From NCBI GenBank assembly GCA_964252035.1, contig OZ176200.1: a stretch of DNA of 64,000 nt. One strand, written 5' to 3'. Positions 12,889 to 25,102 of this stretch are shown here, one piece after another. Each line of letters starts with the position of its first letter. The stretch's first letter is position 1. This DNA comes from Podarcis erhardii. Lineage: Eukaryota. Both the position numbers and the translations under genes were made by a program. Below the pieces are notes generated by a model. That model worked only from the letters and a program-made list of their open reading frames with translations. It searched no databases and was not told where the DNA came from.

Positions 12889-13143
12889 AAAAAGGGGTAA
12901 AGGGGACCCCTGACCATTAGGTTCAGTTGTGACTGACTCTGGGGTTGCGCGCTCATCTCGCTCTATAGGCTGAGGGAGCCAGCGTTTGTCCGCAGACAGC
13001 TTCTGGGTCATGTGGCCAGCATGACTAAGCCGCTTCTGGTGAACCAGAGCAGCACACGGAAACACCGTTTACCTTCCCCACCGGAGTGGCCCCTGTTTAT
13101 CTACTTGCACATGACGTGCTTTCGAACTGCTAGGTTGGCAGGA
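12889..13143 (-). mobile_element. Sauria SINE, 5'-truncated
   Basis: Sequence AAAGGGGACCCCTGACCATTAGG...GGGTCATGTGGCCAGCATGACTAAGCCGCTTCTGG...TTCGAACTGCTAGGTTGGCAGGA, homologous to 58493-58842 but lacking the tRNA head. Confidence 0.9.
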
Positions 13144-13170
13144 TCCTGCCGGGTCACCTTGTGTTATATT

Positions 13171-13310
13171 GCAGAAGGTCCCTTTACATGCAGAAGGTCC
13201 CAATTTCAATCAAGAAGGACGGACAAATACCTCACCTGAAACCCTAGAGAGCCTCAGGCAATCAATGTGAACAATGTAAAGTTAGATGGACTGACTTGGT
13301 AAGGCAGCTC
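13171..13310 (+). mobile_element. Old Squam2-like tRNA-derived SINE
   Basis: GCATGCAGAAGGTCCC-like head (duplicated 12-mer GCAGAAGGTCCC), then CCTGAAACCCTAGAGAGCC and AGATGGACTGACTTGGTAAGGCAGCT. Confidence 0.55.
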
Positions 13311-14595
13311 ACTAATTCCTGAATTCAGTCCATTTGCAGATAAGGAGATTTAAACTGGGAAACATGAAGGGTGTACACCATTTCCTGGCACACCTTGGAA
13401 TTTATTTATTTAGTGCAAGCAATGTGCAAAGAAAAACAGGGCAGTCCCTGCTCCAGGGGGCTTACAATATAACAATCAGCACAACATGTAGGAAGTCATT
13501 TCAGCCCTCACTTTTTATGTATCAGTATGTAGAACTTCATTTTAGTAACAGGGCAGTGAGTGGGGGGAAAAATGCCTTCAATTGTTAATATATGTTTAAA
13601 AATCTGGCTCAGCTCTGTGCATGCTAATGACCTCTGTCCTAGAGTGTGTGACAGGTGCTGAAAATAAAACTCAGACTGATTAGCATCTATTTAATGTCTT
13701 TAAATGAGGCGTTTCTTTTCTTCTATATTTGTTGCAGCATTAGTGGAACTGCCATTAAATCCAACATGTTTCTACTAGAACAGACACATCTACCCCGAAG
13801 CCAAAACATCTTGGCCAAAATCAATGTATTTTAACTCAGAACAATAAAACTATATCCAAGACAGTATGTTATTATTAAAACCAATAAATGCCTCCTAAAA
13901 AACAATACATTTTTTTTCAGTGAAGCCAAATGACAGCCACTGGAGGAGTAAGTTGAAATCCAGTTTATTAAAGAAATATTGTTAGAGTACTTGCTACACA
14001 GTACAGCTCATGGTGGGAATTTGATAGAAAATGTGAAGTCATATGGACAATACATGGAGCAGAAAGTAAACATCCATTTTTGGTTGTGCAGATGCTTTGT
14101 GTGACTAGATTAGTTTATTTTAGTTGCATAAGAACATAATAAGAACCCTACTAGTTTGGACTAGAGGCCCATAGTCCACGATTTTGCCCATTACAAATAA
14201 GTAAAACTGTTGCTTTTTTCTTTTTTAAAAAAAGAATATTACTTTCTTTGCTCGGCTTTTCCATTTAATAAATGAAGAGTGATGTGGATGTTCTTTTTGA
14301 TTACCCAGTCTGCTGTTTCATTAAAAATGGTGGCTGTGGTCCACCAACCAGATGCTGCCTAGTTGGGTCTCTGCAACACTTGGAGGAATGAAGAGAGATA
14401 ATGTAAAAGTTCCTTCAGTCAAACATCGTGCTCATGGTTTGTATTTGCAACAACTAGGAAAGAACTCTAAGGTTATTTTCAAAAGACTCTTTGTAATGCC
14501 ACATGCTGTGGCCTGCACCGTGAGAAGAATAGGATGGAAGGAAGCTTGCCAACTAACCCAGCCTCTCCTTAACTTCAATGCTACCACCAGATGGA

Positions 14596-15058
14596 TCAAC
14601 ACCTGGCTTGCCAGTAGTACTTGTGAAAAGGATATAGGGGGTCTTAGCAAGCCACGAGATGAGTCAACAGTATGATATAACAGCGAGAAAAAAAGAAAAG
14701 CTAATGCTATTCTATGTTTAGCCTGGAAAAGAAGAGACTGAGAGGAGATATGATAGCCATCTTCAAATATCTAAAGAGCTAAAGATGGAGAAAGCTTGTT
14801 TTCTTCTGTTCTGGAGGCTAGGACTTGAACCAATGGCTTCAAGTTACAAGAAAGTAGATTCTGTTTAAACATCAGGAATAATTTTCTGATAGTAAGAGAT
14901 GTGGAAAGGACTCCCTTGAAAGGTGGGGACTCTTTTTCCTTGGAGGTTTTTAAGCAAAGGTTGGGTGGTCATCTGACATGAATGCTTAAGTTTAGATTCC
15001 TGCATTGCAAGGGGGTATCCCCAGGGTACCTACCAATTGCAATTTTATGATTCTATTA
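14596..15058 (+). mobile_element. CR1 LINE 3' fragment
   Basis: Contains AGTAGTACTTGTGAAAAGGAT, GTTTAGCCTGGAAAAGAAGAGACTGAGAGGAGATATGATAGCCATCTTCAAATATCT and ends in ATGATTCTATTATTC. Confidence 0.85.
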
Positions 15059-15749
15059 TTCCTGTTTCCCTGGCATCTTCCACGAAATAGCCATTTTGTG
15101 AGATAACATATATATATAACCAACATGCTTAAGTCTAATGTACGAAGGGGTTGATAGCATAGAGTGGTGTTTACTGGTTCTTAACTTGTGCTGGCCCACG
15201 TTACAAGTATTAGCCAAAGGGGCAGCTTCAGCTGGTAAGATGTACATTATTGTAGCTGTTACAGTATATATTCTTGCACTTCTGCACAACCAGGCATAAG
15301 TTAATAGGGCTGAGTTGCTGGTTGCAAAACATTTCAGATTGTGTCATTTAAGAAACCCAAGACCAAAGACTCAAATTGACCCAAGATAATATCCAGTTCA
15401 TGCCATGCATGCTCTTCAACATGACTCCCCCCGCCCACTATCATTCAATGAGTTATTCCTGTAGAGATTATCTGTCTTGTTGGTCAAATTCAATTGGTTT
15501 ACAATCATATTCTGAAAATCAGTCCCCAGCCCTATCTCCTCCGCTTGTGTGGCCATGTGATGATCAGGGGCGTTCACTTCCATTTTTAACTAAACTAAAC
15601 CTTGGTTTCAGTTTGTGATCTATAATGAAAGAACTTAACTATGAACCAGGGTTCAAACAGAAATACTGAGTCAAACTTTGGCTTAGCAGAGTGTGGCGCA
15701 AAAGTAAAAAAAGAACAAAATGCCATGAGATTCAGATGTTCCAGTAAAT

Positions 15750-15885
15750 CAGGCTTCCTCAACCTCGGCCCTCCAGATGTTTTGAGACTACAATTCCCAT
15801 CATCCCTCACCACTGGTCCTGCTAGCTAGGGATCATGGGAGTTGTAGGCCAAAAACATCTGGAGGGCTGAGGTTGAGGAAGCCTG
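15750..15885. mobile_element. Palindromic hAT MITE
   Basis: TIRs CAGGCTTCCTCAACCTC / AGGTTGAGGAAGCCTG, with a perfect 8-bp TSD cagtaaat (15742-15749, 15886-15893). It is inserted in older AACTATG/CATAGTT-rich repeat sequence. Confidence 0.92.
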
Positions 15886-18800
15886 CAGTAAATCATAGTT
15901 TAGCTTCCTGTGTTGCACAAGCCAGACCAGTATTCCCTAAATGGAAACTGTGGTTAGTGTTAACAATTATTTATTGAAACAGGTCAGGATTATTAACTAT
16001 GGTTTGCAGTTGGCTTGCATCAATAAACCATGGTGATCATAATCACAGTTTGTCCAGATTCAGACAGCAAATTCTTCCTCCCCAGAAAATATAGAAGGAA
16101 TGGGGGAAAGCAAATTCTTCTTTATAGCAGAGGGCACAAATACAATATTAAAATTGAAAGAAGACTAGTCTGAATAAACAAGTTTTTAAAAAATAAAAAT
16201 AAAGGTCACAGAGAAGAGTAGAAAGGGAATGATTAATAATAACAATAAAATGCAGCACAATGCTATGTGTGTGTGTGCATTGCACACACAATTGTCTACA
16301 TAAATCTTTTACAATTCTAGCTTCATTTCCATAAAAAAATACTGCTTAAAGCAAAGAACTGACTTCTTTAGACCTTGCAACAAAGCTGCCAGTCACATAT
16401 TACTTTTATTCATATCACACATACAGCATTGATATTCCCTGCTGATTGAGCTTGGAATGTAAAAACCAGCAAGGAATTCAGTTTTATGATTTTAATTTAT
16501 ATTGTGTAATTGGTTAGTCTTTGCAGTAACGTTGCTGCCGGCCAGGGACCATGAGTAAACAAAAATTGCAGCTTAATGAGGTTATCATGAAAAATTATCA
16601 TTATCATATCAACGGATAGTTATAAATCTGTTATAAATACTTATAAAAACAAGGTGTTTCAGAGTGAAACTGAAAAAAATAAATGTTAAAGAGAAGTGTT
16701 GATTTCTGCTGGTCACCATGTGTCATAAATGTGTTGCTCTCTCATCATGGTAAAATAAAACTGGATTTAGAGCCTGCTTTCTAGCCCAGGGGTAGGCAGA
16801 AATTAGATCAGGATCTACTCATAGATCCTGGGGGACCAGCTGTAAATCATTCCAGCTTCCTATGGTTAAACAATAGCGAAAACAAATATATATGTTTCCA
16901 CATATATTTGAATGCCCAATAAGCAGGTTGCACAGAAGTGCCTTTGTGTCTTTTGCACTTGGCTGTGGCTGGCAGATCTTAGGGCACTACTACAAAAAGG
17001 CAACAAGCAAACAAAGCAAAGTAGACCCAACAGTGCTTAAGCCTTCCAAGCCCTGCTCTAGCCAACTGGGCTTTGGAAGTAAAGTGGAAAGGCAGTCACT
17101 TGGCTTCAATTCACTGTGCTTACTTGCCATGCTATCCTTATACACAGGCACCAACCATTGGGGGGGATTGGAATTAACATTTAATAATGAATTGTCACCT
17201 GATACCTTGGACTCACTCCCTTTTATTCTCAGCTGGCCTGTCCCACTTGCTATGCCTACTTATAGCTTCCTTTGAATCTCAAACAAGAAGATAGGAAGTT
17301 GACCAGTTAACACAGAGATAAGCCCGAAGTATTTTAGACAAGAAACCCAATTTATCCTACTTTCCATCTGCCAGAGAGTCTTCCTTTCCCCACCTTTATC
17401 ACATCATTAAATATCCCCTGTCTGAAAATTGCTTGGAGCCCCATAAGTCAATCAATCGAAGGAACAAGATACATTCACTTCCTGAAGGCAAACAAAGAGG
17501 AAAATTTTATTTGCCCAGAGAACCTGATGGTTATATAATTCCTTCATTTACAATCTTATTCGGTGAATAATGACTTTGAGAATATCTTGCAAAGATCTGC
17601 TTTACATCTATATTAGTTTCTACACTCTTACTAATTTGGAAACTCATAAATCACACCATTCCCCTACAGACAAAATTGACATAATAGGAGATTTAACTGC
17701 AGATTTCTATAACCAAGGCCACAACACAAATGGAAGTAGATATCATACTGGACCCAATGACTTCATTTGGACACCAACGGTGCATTCACAAAACCATTCC
17801 CCCACTATCTGGCAGTCATCAATCCCAATAAATTTTGATTTCTTTAGGCAGGTATTCAAATATTCCAGGGCGGGGCATTCTGTTTCTTTCTTCCTGCTTG
17901 AGGATTGTATAGGGTGGCTAAAGTGTCCTACTTAACATAAGAAAGCCTTCTGTTAGAAGGCATGCTTTAATCCTCTCTGAAGATGTCCCCTATTTGCAGG
18001 ATGGTAGAGTCAAAGTTCAGGTTAAGGACAAACAACCATAAGAAGCTAGAGCAGGTGCCTTGAAGCTGTCCATCAATAGGTAGCACCTGGACATCAGACA
18101 CATATGGTACCTAGTAACAGCTTTCCTCCTATGATGAGATGTGATTTATTTCTATTTGCAGGCCTTGGCGTGGTGGAGCCATGGGTAGGACAGGGCAGAT
18201 CTGACATGAGTTGCAACAAAAACACAGAGCAACAGTATTGAGATATAAACAAGGCACAACTTGGTTGATTACAGCTGTCAGCAGATTTTGCCATTGGCAT
18301 TGTGTACGTATCCTAACATCAACCAGCCCGTCTGCTGGTAGATGCCTAGCAGGGTTAACCAAGGTTAAGGGTCACCCTATGACATACATTAATTTTGGAT
18401 GAACCCCTCCCCCCAAAATTACTATTTGGAGTGCTAGGGCCCATCAGCTCCCATCTAGGCATCAGGACAATTGCACCTCCCTCAGGATTCTGTTAAAGGA
18501 ATACTCTGAGGAGCAGCAGGGGGGCACCTCTGCTCAGTTAGAACTAAGGATCCAACACAATGCCTTATCTGCCATTAAGTTGGGATAGTTGCTATGTGCC
18601 AGGCAAAAAACCCAAGAGAGGCCCAATCTGAAGGCAAATTACTGCATCACCCTGAATAAGGCAACTGAAGGCTTCCATAGCAAGGTGGGTACATAGAGTG
18701 TACCCCATACCACTGGACACCCACCAACATATAGAATAAGGGAAGGGTGGGTGGGATTCGCACATGCAATTGGCTTTTATAACCAGGGAGTAGACCAGAA

Positions 18801-21800
18801 GGAATACGTTTTCCCTCTTGTTCACACCCAAGCCATCACACCTCATAGCTCACATGTGACTGGTTGGAGCAGCAGGCAAGGCCCAGTGTTTAACATGGCT
18901 GACAGAAGAGGAAGTTACATCTTCCTCCAGCTTCACCAAAGCGAAAAAAGGAGGGGCTGTCCACCTGCAGCCACACTAGACCACAACCACTGCCTCCTGC
19001 CATGTGGAGGTAAGCAATTTTTGTTGCAGTAATTTCCAAATTTGCACCCAAGCATATAAATTAGCAATGTGGATATTTTATGCAAAACTTGTCTGGCAGG
19101 GGATACTAATGGGTTTCCTCTTTTCTGGTGATGAGGAAGTGGGAACTATTACATTATGCAATGTTTCCCCTCTAAAAAAAAATGCATAATCTCTCTCCTT
19201 CTTTCTCTCTCTGTCTCTCTCATTCACACACATACACCACCAGGGCCATAGGAGCAGAGTAGGCAGAAAACTAGGTGGGAGCTTCAGGGCTGACATCAAA
19301 TTGCCTGGCTAGCTGCAATTCTGGAGGAGTGAAAACCACACACAGCAAGGCCTTGCTGTGAACCAGAAAAAGATGAAAACTCCACCTCCTATAGAAGCTC
19401 ACATTCTGGGCCGCTTCATTCCTTTCCTGGACTGTGGAAATGAACACTAACTATGACATTTTTGAGGAAAGAGCTTGATAGGTTGGTACAAACTTTGGGA
19501 AATACTTGAAACATGACATAATTTTAACCTGTCATACCAGCTGACTAAATGCACTCCCTCAAACTCATTTTGGCTTCAGCTGCAATTACTGGCTTTTCTC
19601 TAACAGCTATGCAGACTCCCAGATCGGTTTCCCATTTGGATACCTTGACATCTATCTAATGTACCTTTTGTTCTTAAGAACCAAAACATTTTCTGCATAA
19701 ACATAGCAGATTGGCATACCCAGCATAGCCTGTGTTGGGGAAAGCGGCAAATGGTGCCACTAAATACCAAAATCTGTTTCTCTTCAAAGCACTACATTAA
19801 GTATATGCGTTAAACAGCATGTGAATTATTCCAAATGAGTTTTACATTGTGAAAAAAATATGCTTAAAATGTGCCCTCTTTAACATTTCATTAAAAAGAA
19901 CTTTTTTAAAAAAAACACCTTAGCATCCCAGTGGCCAGCTGTACCAGACAAGACATTAATGATTTAAAGGGATATTAAGAAGATCAGCAGATTTTGCTTA
20001 ATTACACAGGCACAATGGTCAAATATACCTAATGTAAAAGCACTGTGGCTTCAAGGAACAACTTATTTATGCCACAATATTGGACTCAAGTGGACAGTTT
20101 CATAACATTTAGCGCTAATCTTTGCTCAGTGCTGCATTAGTGGAGCCATTATGTACATATATGGGACCTGCTAAAAAAAGGAGGCAGTCTAATTCATAAA
20201 GTTAACATATTCTTAAAGGATATCTTAGCTGAATCTCCAACAGCCTGGCAGAATATTTACCACCACTGCACATTTGGATGTGCATCCCAGTTATTGTGGT
20301 TCACACTCTGTGGAAATAAATTGAAACTGGAGAGGTGCACCTAAGCACACTTGTCTTCCAAGACTTCTTCCTGCCCACAGATGGAACTAGAAGGGGCTAT
20401 TGACTGAGAGGTTCTTGTCTTCCATGGACCTAGCAGGGTAAAGACCCAGACATCTGGTATGCCCTGATGGCTATGCTTATACATGCCAGGGAATCTCTGA
20501 CAAGTGTCTGCTAATTAGGCAAGTACCACAGACCTCCTCTTTTTCAAAAGCCAAGCTGTGGACCCCCAACTTCTGAAAATGTTGATGCCTCTATGGTAGT
20601 TTTCATTATGTGAATGGTGCCAAGGAACCCCTGGGTGGGTTATGCAGACCCCCTGGGTTCCATGGACCACCAATTGGGAACCACTGCTCTAGATCCAGAG
20701 GATCCAGAGCTTCCCTATTGGCCTGAGCAAATCACAACTCCAACACATCCCCATCTTTTCAAGTGAGAAGAGAGTCTTCCTCACAGCTTCAAAAGATATG
20801 ACAGGCTAAATTGATTCCAGGGATGTGTACCACTATGCTGGCCCCATTTAGCTTGTGGCTTATGTTGCTATATAATTTTAAAGGTATTTTCCCTTGAAAC
20901 ATTTCACGTTCCCAGTCTGACTTTTGTATGCAAAATCTCTTGAAGCCGAGAGGGAGACTGTCTCTTCTCACTTGAAAAGATGGATTAGGAATTAACATTT
21001 TAATTAAACATGGTTTAACTAATATTGGGAACATTGCAATTAAAGCCAACACAGATACAGATAAACATATCTTTTTATAGTTTGTGTCCTTTTCTGCTCT
21101 GCGAAAAAACTGATGAGATTTAAGACTTTCAGCATCCTAAATCATAACAATATGATATCACGCATCAGATAATTGTACAAACATAATACCCCCAAAAAAG
21201 GGCAGATGGTGCTGTAGCTAGAACATTTGAAACAGACACTGCCTATTCTTTGCCTTAAACATGTTGGAGGTCATGCTCAATATGTAAATTAATATAAAAC
21301 ACCATATTATCATGCTTATTAGTTGAATGGACTATGCTGTGGAGATAAATCACGAACAGTTTTGAGGGGGTTGTCCTTAGCGGTGGAGATGGGGTGCTTG
21401 GGGTGCTTGTAGTAGCTCCTGGAGAGCAGGCAAGGAGGGAGAGAAGCTGCCACCGCCAAGGCCCAGTCTCGCATGACACTCCAGCTCTGAGGTATAGGCA
21501 AAGGACAGGAAGAAAGGGAACGTTGGAGAATATGCAGTCTGTGCTCTATCCTCCTGGCTGTGTCACAATCTAAAATCACCACCTTAGGCCCCCCTCTTCT
21601 TACAGCGGCCTTCTATTAACTTGCTGGCCTGATAGCATTTAAACCCTCCTGGCCAGAAGCAGGTAGGTTAATTTCTTCCTACCAAGGCTCCCAAAGCAGG
21701 TGAGAAGGAATGGTTCCATCACTTCAACCGCTCCTGGGAACACCGTTTTTAGCCATGGCTTCCAGCTAGTGACATTTTTTGTTCATTAGTTAGACTTTTG

Positions 21801-22969
21801 TTGTTTTTTATGTGAATGATATGCTGTCAGTGACTGTGGTTAATGCTTAATGTATCATGCTTAATGGCATCACCAGGGCCTGTCCCTGTGAAATCACTAA
21901 GGAATGGTGTCTGGTTTGGGACCCAAAATCCCCTGGAATTGCTCCTGCCATGGCAACTCTGGCACTTTTCAGATTTGGCACTTTTTGAATTTTTCTGCAA
22001 CTTTGTTTTTTTAATTTTGTGCAATCTCTTGCACAAGTGAAAGCATCAGAGCTGCTATAGAATACACCTATTACATGAATACTTGTGCAAGCTTTTGCAA
22101 GCTAGAACCAGTGGCTCTTTTCTGTCTCCACATGGTTCTCTGGATACAACTCTAGATAAGCAATTTACATTGCTGGATATGTTGTGGGAGTTCTGATTCT
22201 TTCGGTAGAATGCAGATTCCCCTTAAAAGGTTTTTGTTGTTTTTGTAGAAATGTATCACATAACACACCTACTGAAAAAATGGGAACAAGATGTGGGGGA
22301 CAAGCATGGAAGTTTGCAACATAACTTACAGCAGTAACTGCATTTTGGAAAGATACACCTGCATTTAAAAAAGTGTGCATGTCTCATTTCAAGCAAAGTT
22401 GCTATGGTGACAACCTCATTAGAACACTGCATTTGAGAAAGCTAACCTGCATTCAGAATGTTAGAAAGAATGTCATTTATAATAACACTTAATGCAGTAA
22501 AAAGTCAAAGTACAGAAGAGTTATGTGGAAGAGAGTCTGCTAATATAAATTATGAGAATAAATGAAATATAGCCCCATGCTCTGCTGCATTATTCAGCTA
22601 TAACAAAACCTAGCCCAACCAAGAATGGTCATCGCAGATCTCCTTGAACATCTGAATTCTGATGTTTGATCTGTGTAAGATAATATTTGGCTTCCTGGGA
22701 TTCTTGCTTTTTCTAACAAACCTAGGCAATGTCTTCATCTTTCATTATTTCCCTTCCTTTCCCTTCCAGAACTTGAGAGTTCAAGGCTTCTTTCAAGTGT
22801 GTCTGCTTAATTAGAATTCTCACATGCTCACCTCAATAGTGAAGTCAGAATTCAAGCATCAATTTAGCCATAGCTGGGGTAACTTTGGATCCCCTGTAGA
22901 CTGTGAAGGATCCTTTATTTAAAAAAGAAAAGAAAAGAACATCTCTAGAATGCAGTCTGTAAGTTTGAA

Positions 22970-23270
22970 GAGGTGTGTTCAGGCATTTTCTGGACATAGA
23001 CCCAAAAACTCAATGTGTGAATGGGGGTGCACACACAAGCCATGCTTCCAGTGTGCTTCCATGTGCCCTACTCATCCTCCATCACCAATCATGTCTGTTC
23101 ATGTGCAGGTGAATGTGAATGTGAATAGAAGCTCCCTGTACACTTTTCCAATGCAATGCGTGGAAGATCAGGAAGTGAGGGGGCGGGCATAAAACGTACA
23201 AGGACCTGTGTCATGTGTGTCCCTGCTAACACTTTGAGCCTTGGTGTGTTTAGTGGATGTCTGAACACGA
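22970..23270. mobile_element. Old palindromic MITE
   Basis: Degenerate inverted ends GTGTTCAGGCAT...AAACTCAATGTG and CACTTTGAGCC...ATGTCTGAACAC. Confidence 0.45.
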
Positions 23271-23987
23271 TTCAGGTGTGCAAATAATACATGCAATCTC
23301 CAGCATATCCCCCTACTCGGGTTTTCCTTTTCCTGGTCTTTAACTACAAGTTTCTTATTCCTATCTCAGGAGGTGTTCACAATGGAATCAGACTATATTT
23401 TTATTCTGGTTTGAGTTCTTTTTCAAATTGTGAATATGGTTGACACAACAAGCAACACAGGAGGCTACCACATCTAATGTAATAGTCCCTGGAAATAAAG
23501 CGACTTAATTTGATCTAAATAATCTGGTAGATGGGTTTATACAATAGTATTCATCACCGATAGACAAATTTGGCATAGGAAATCATAGCATCTTGGCTCC
23601 CTTCTTGTGTTAGAGGCTTTTCTGAAAATTACCCCTCCCCACAAACACTAGTTGGAGGATATAATTATGAGTGCAAATATTTGAAATATGGATTGATGCG
23701 ATATCATCATAGAAATGAAGGGTATTCAACATCTTTTGTGAAGGCATCCTTATAAAGTTCGCATTCTGACATACCTTCCTTATAGACTCTTCAGATTTTA
23801 TTAACAAACAGTATTCTATGAAATCATTTAGACAGTTGGCTGGCAAGCATTTTTAGTAATCTCTGAAAAATGACAGGAGGGGAAAGAAGAGCATGGCATG
23901 GATAAAAGGTGATGAACCGCAAACGGCATCCACTCCCCAACACCCAAAGTGGTGTGTTTTTTCTGGTAGTAACATATAAATAATAAA

Positions 23988-24222
23988 TTGGATTTGATAT
24001 CCCGCCTTTCACTCCCCTTCAGGAGTCTCAAAGCGGCTAACATTCTCCTTTCCCTTCCTCCCCCACAACAAACACTCTGTGAGGTGAGTGGGGCTGAGAG
24101 ACTTCAAAGAAGTGTGACTGGCCCAAGGTCACCCAGCAGCTGCATGTGGAGGAGCGGAGACTCGAACCCGGTTCCCCAGATTACAAGACTACCGCTCTTA
24201 ACCACTACACCACACTGGCTCT
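23988..24222 (-). mobile_element. Squam3-like tRNA-derived SINE, full length
   Basis: The minus strand starts AGAGCCAGTGTGGTGTAGTGGTTAAGAGCGGTAG...CCGGGTTCGAGTC and ends GCGGGATATCAAATCCA. Confidence 0.88.
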
Positions 24223-24644
24223 TCAACATCTGCTGCTGGTAACAATGTGGTCCTGGGCAATAAAGGCTTCTTGCGGGGATGGGAATACCTTCCCACTCCT
24301 TTGCTGATTTGCATGTATCAGCCAAGAAGCATGGGTGCACTGCGCCTGTCTTTGTGCAGCGTGCTCCGATGTGCTTTTTGGCCATGCCCACTGCTGGAAT
24401 GTGGCTCCTGGAGAGGTTATAATGGGGAAATGTGGCCCTTGGTCAAAAAAGGTTAGCCTGTGGCTTGACTCCTGCATGATTCCTTGCAACTTACTAGGTA
24501 TTGCTGACCGACTGGAATAGCAAACACAAGGCAGCAGATAGTAACTCCAAAATTACTTAACTTTATAATCATTCATTGTACACTATCAGTCCTTTATGAC
24601 AGCTAATAACTCTTGCAAAATATCCTGTAACTAGCGCAACAGTT

Positions 24645-24905
24645 GTCAGTCAGTCAGTCAGTTTTATTGCACATAGCCAAAGGCTGCCCGCAATGTACAC
24701 AGAATCATTCAACAATTAAAAGAAAATACGCTGGATTAATACCAAAAACTTAAAACATTTATATTATCTAGACATTACCTACTCTAAACAGAGCTATAAA
24801 AGTACCTTAATATACAGGTTAAGACATTAAACAATAAAATTTGTAGGCTAAAATCATCACATGGCCACTAATATATACAATGTGCAATTATATTCGGAGT
24901 TTGGT
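24645..24905 (-). mobile_element. LINE 3' end (L2/CR1-group-like) with AATAAA and (CTGA)n tail
   Basis: The minus strand ends GCCTTTGGCTATGTGCAATAAAA(CTGA)4 and the body is AT-rich. Confidence 0.5.
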
Positions 24906-25102
24906 GTCTCAAAGTAGCTAACAATCTCCTTTCCCTTCCTCCCCCACAACAAACTCTGTGAGGTGAGTGAGGCTAAGAGACTTCAGAGAAGTGTGACTAG
25001 CCCAAGGTCACCCAGCAGCTGCATGTGGAGGAGCGGAGAGACGCGAACCCGGTTCACCAGATTAGGAGTCCACCGCTCTTAACCACTACACCATGCTGGC
25101 TC
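24906..25102 (-). mobile_element. Squam3-like SINE, 3'-truncated
   Basis: Intact tRNA head at 25102. Similarity to the other two copies stops at TTTGAGAC (about 24906). Confidence 0.85.

Noticed and set aside
21827-22036. 69-aa Lys-rich ORF with a CxxC motif that looked like an exon
   Set aside because: No convincing splice sites and no similarity to LRP1B exon 2 or any protein I recognise.
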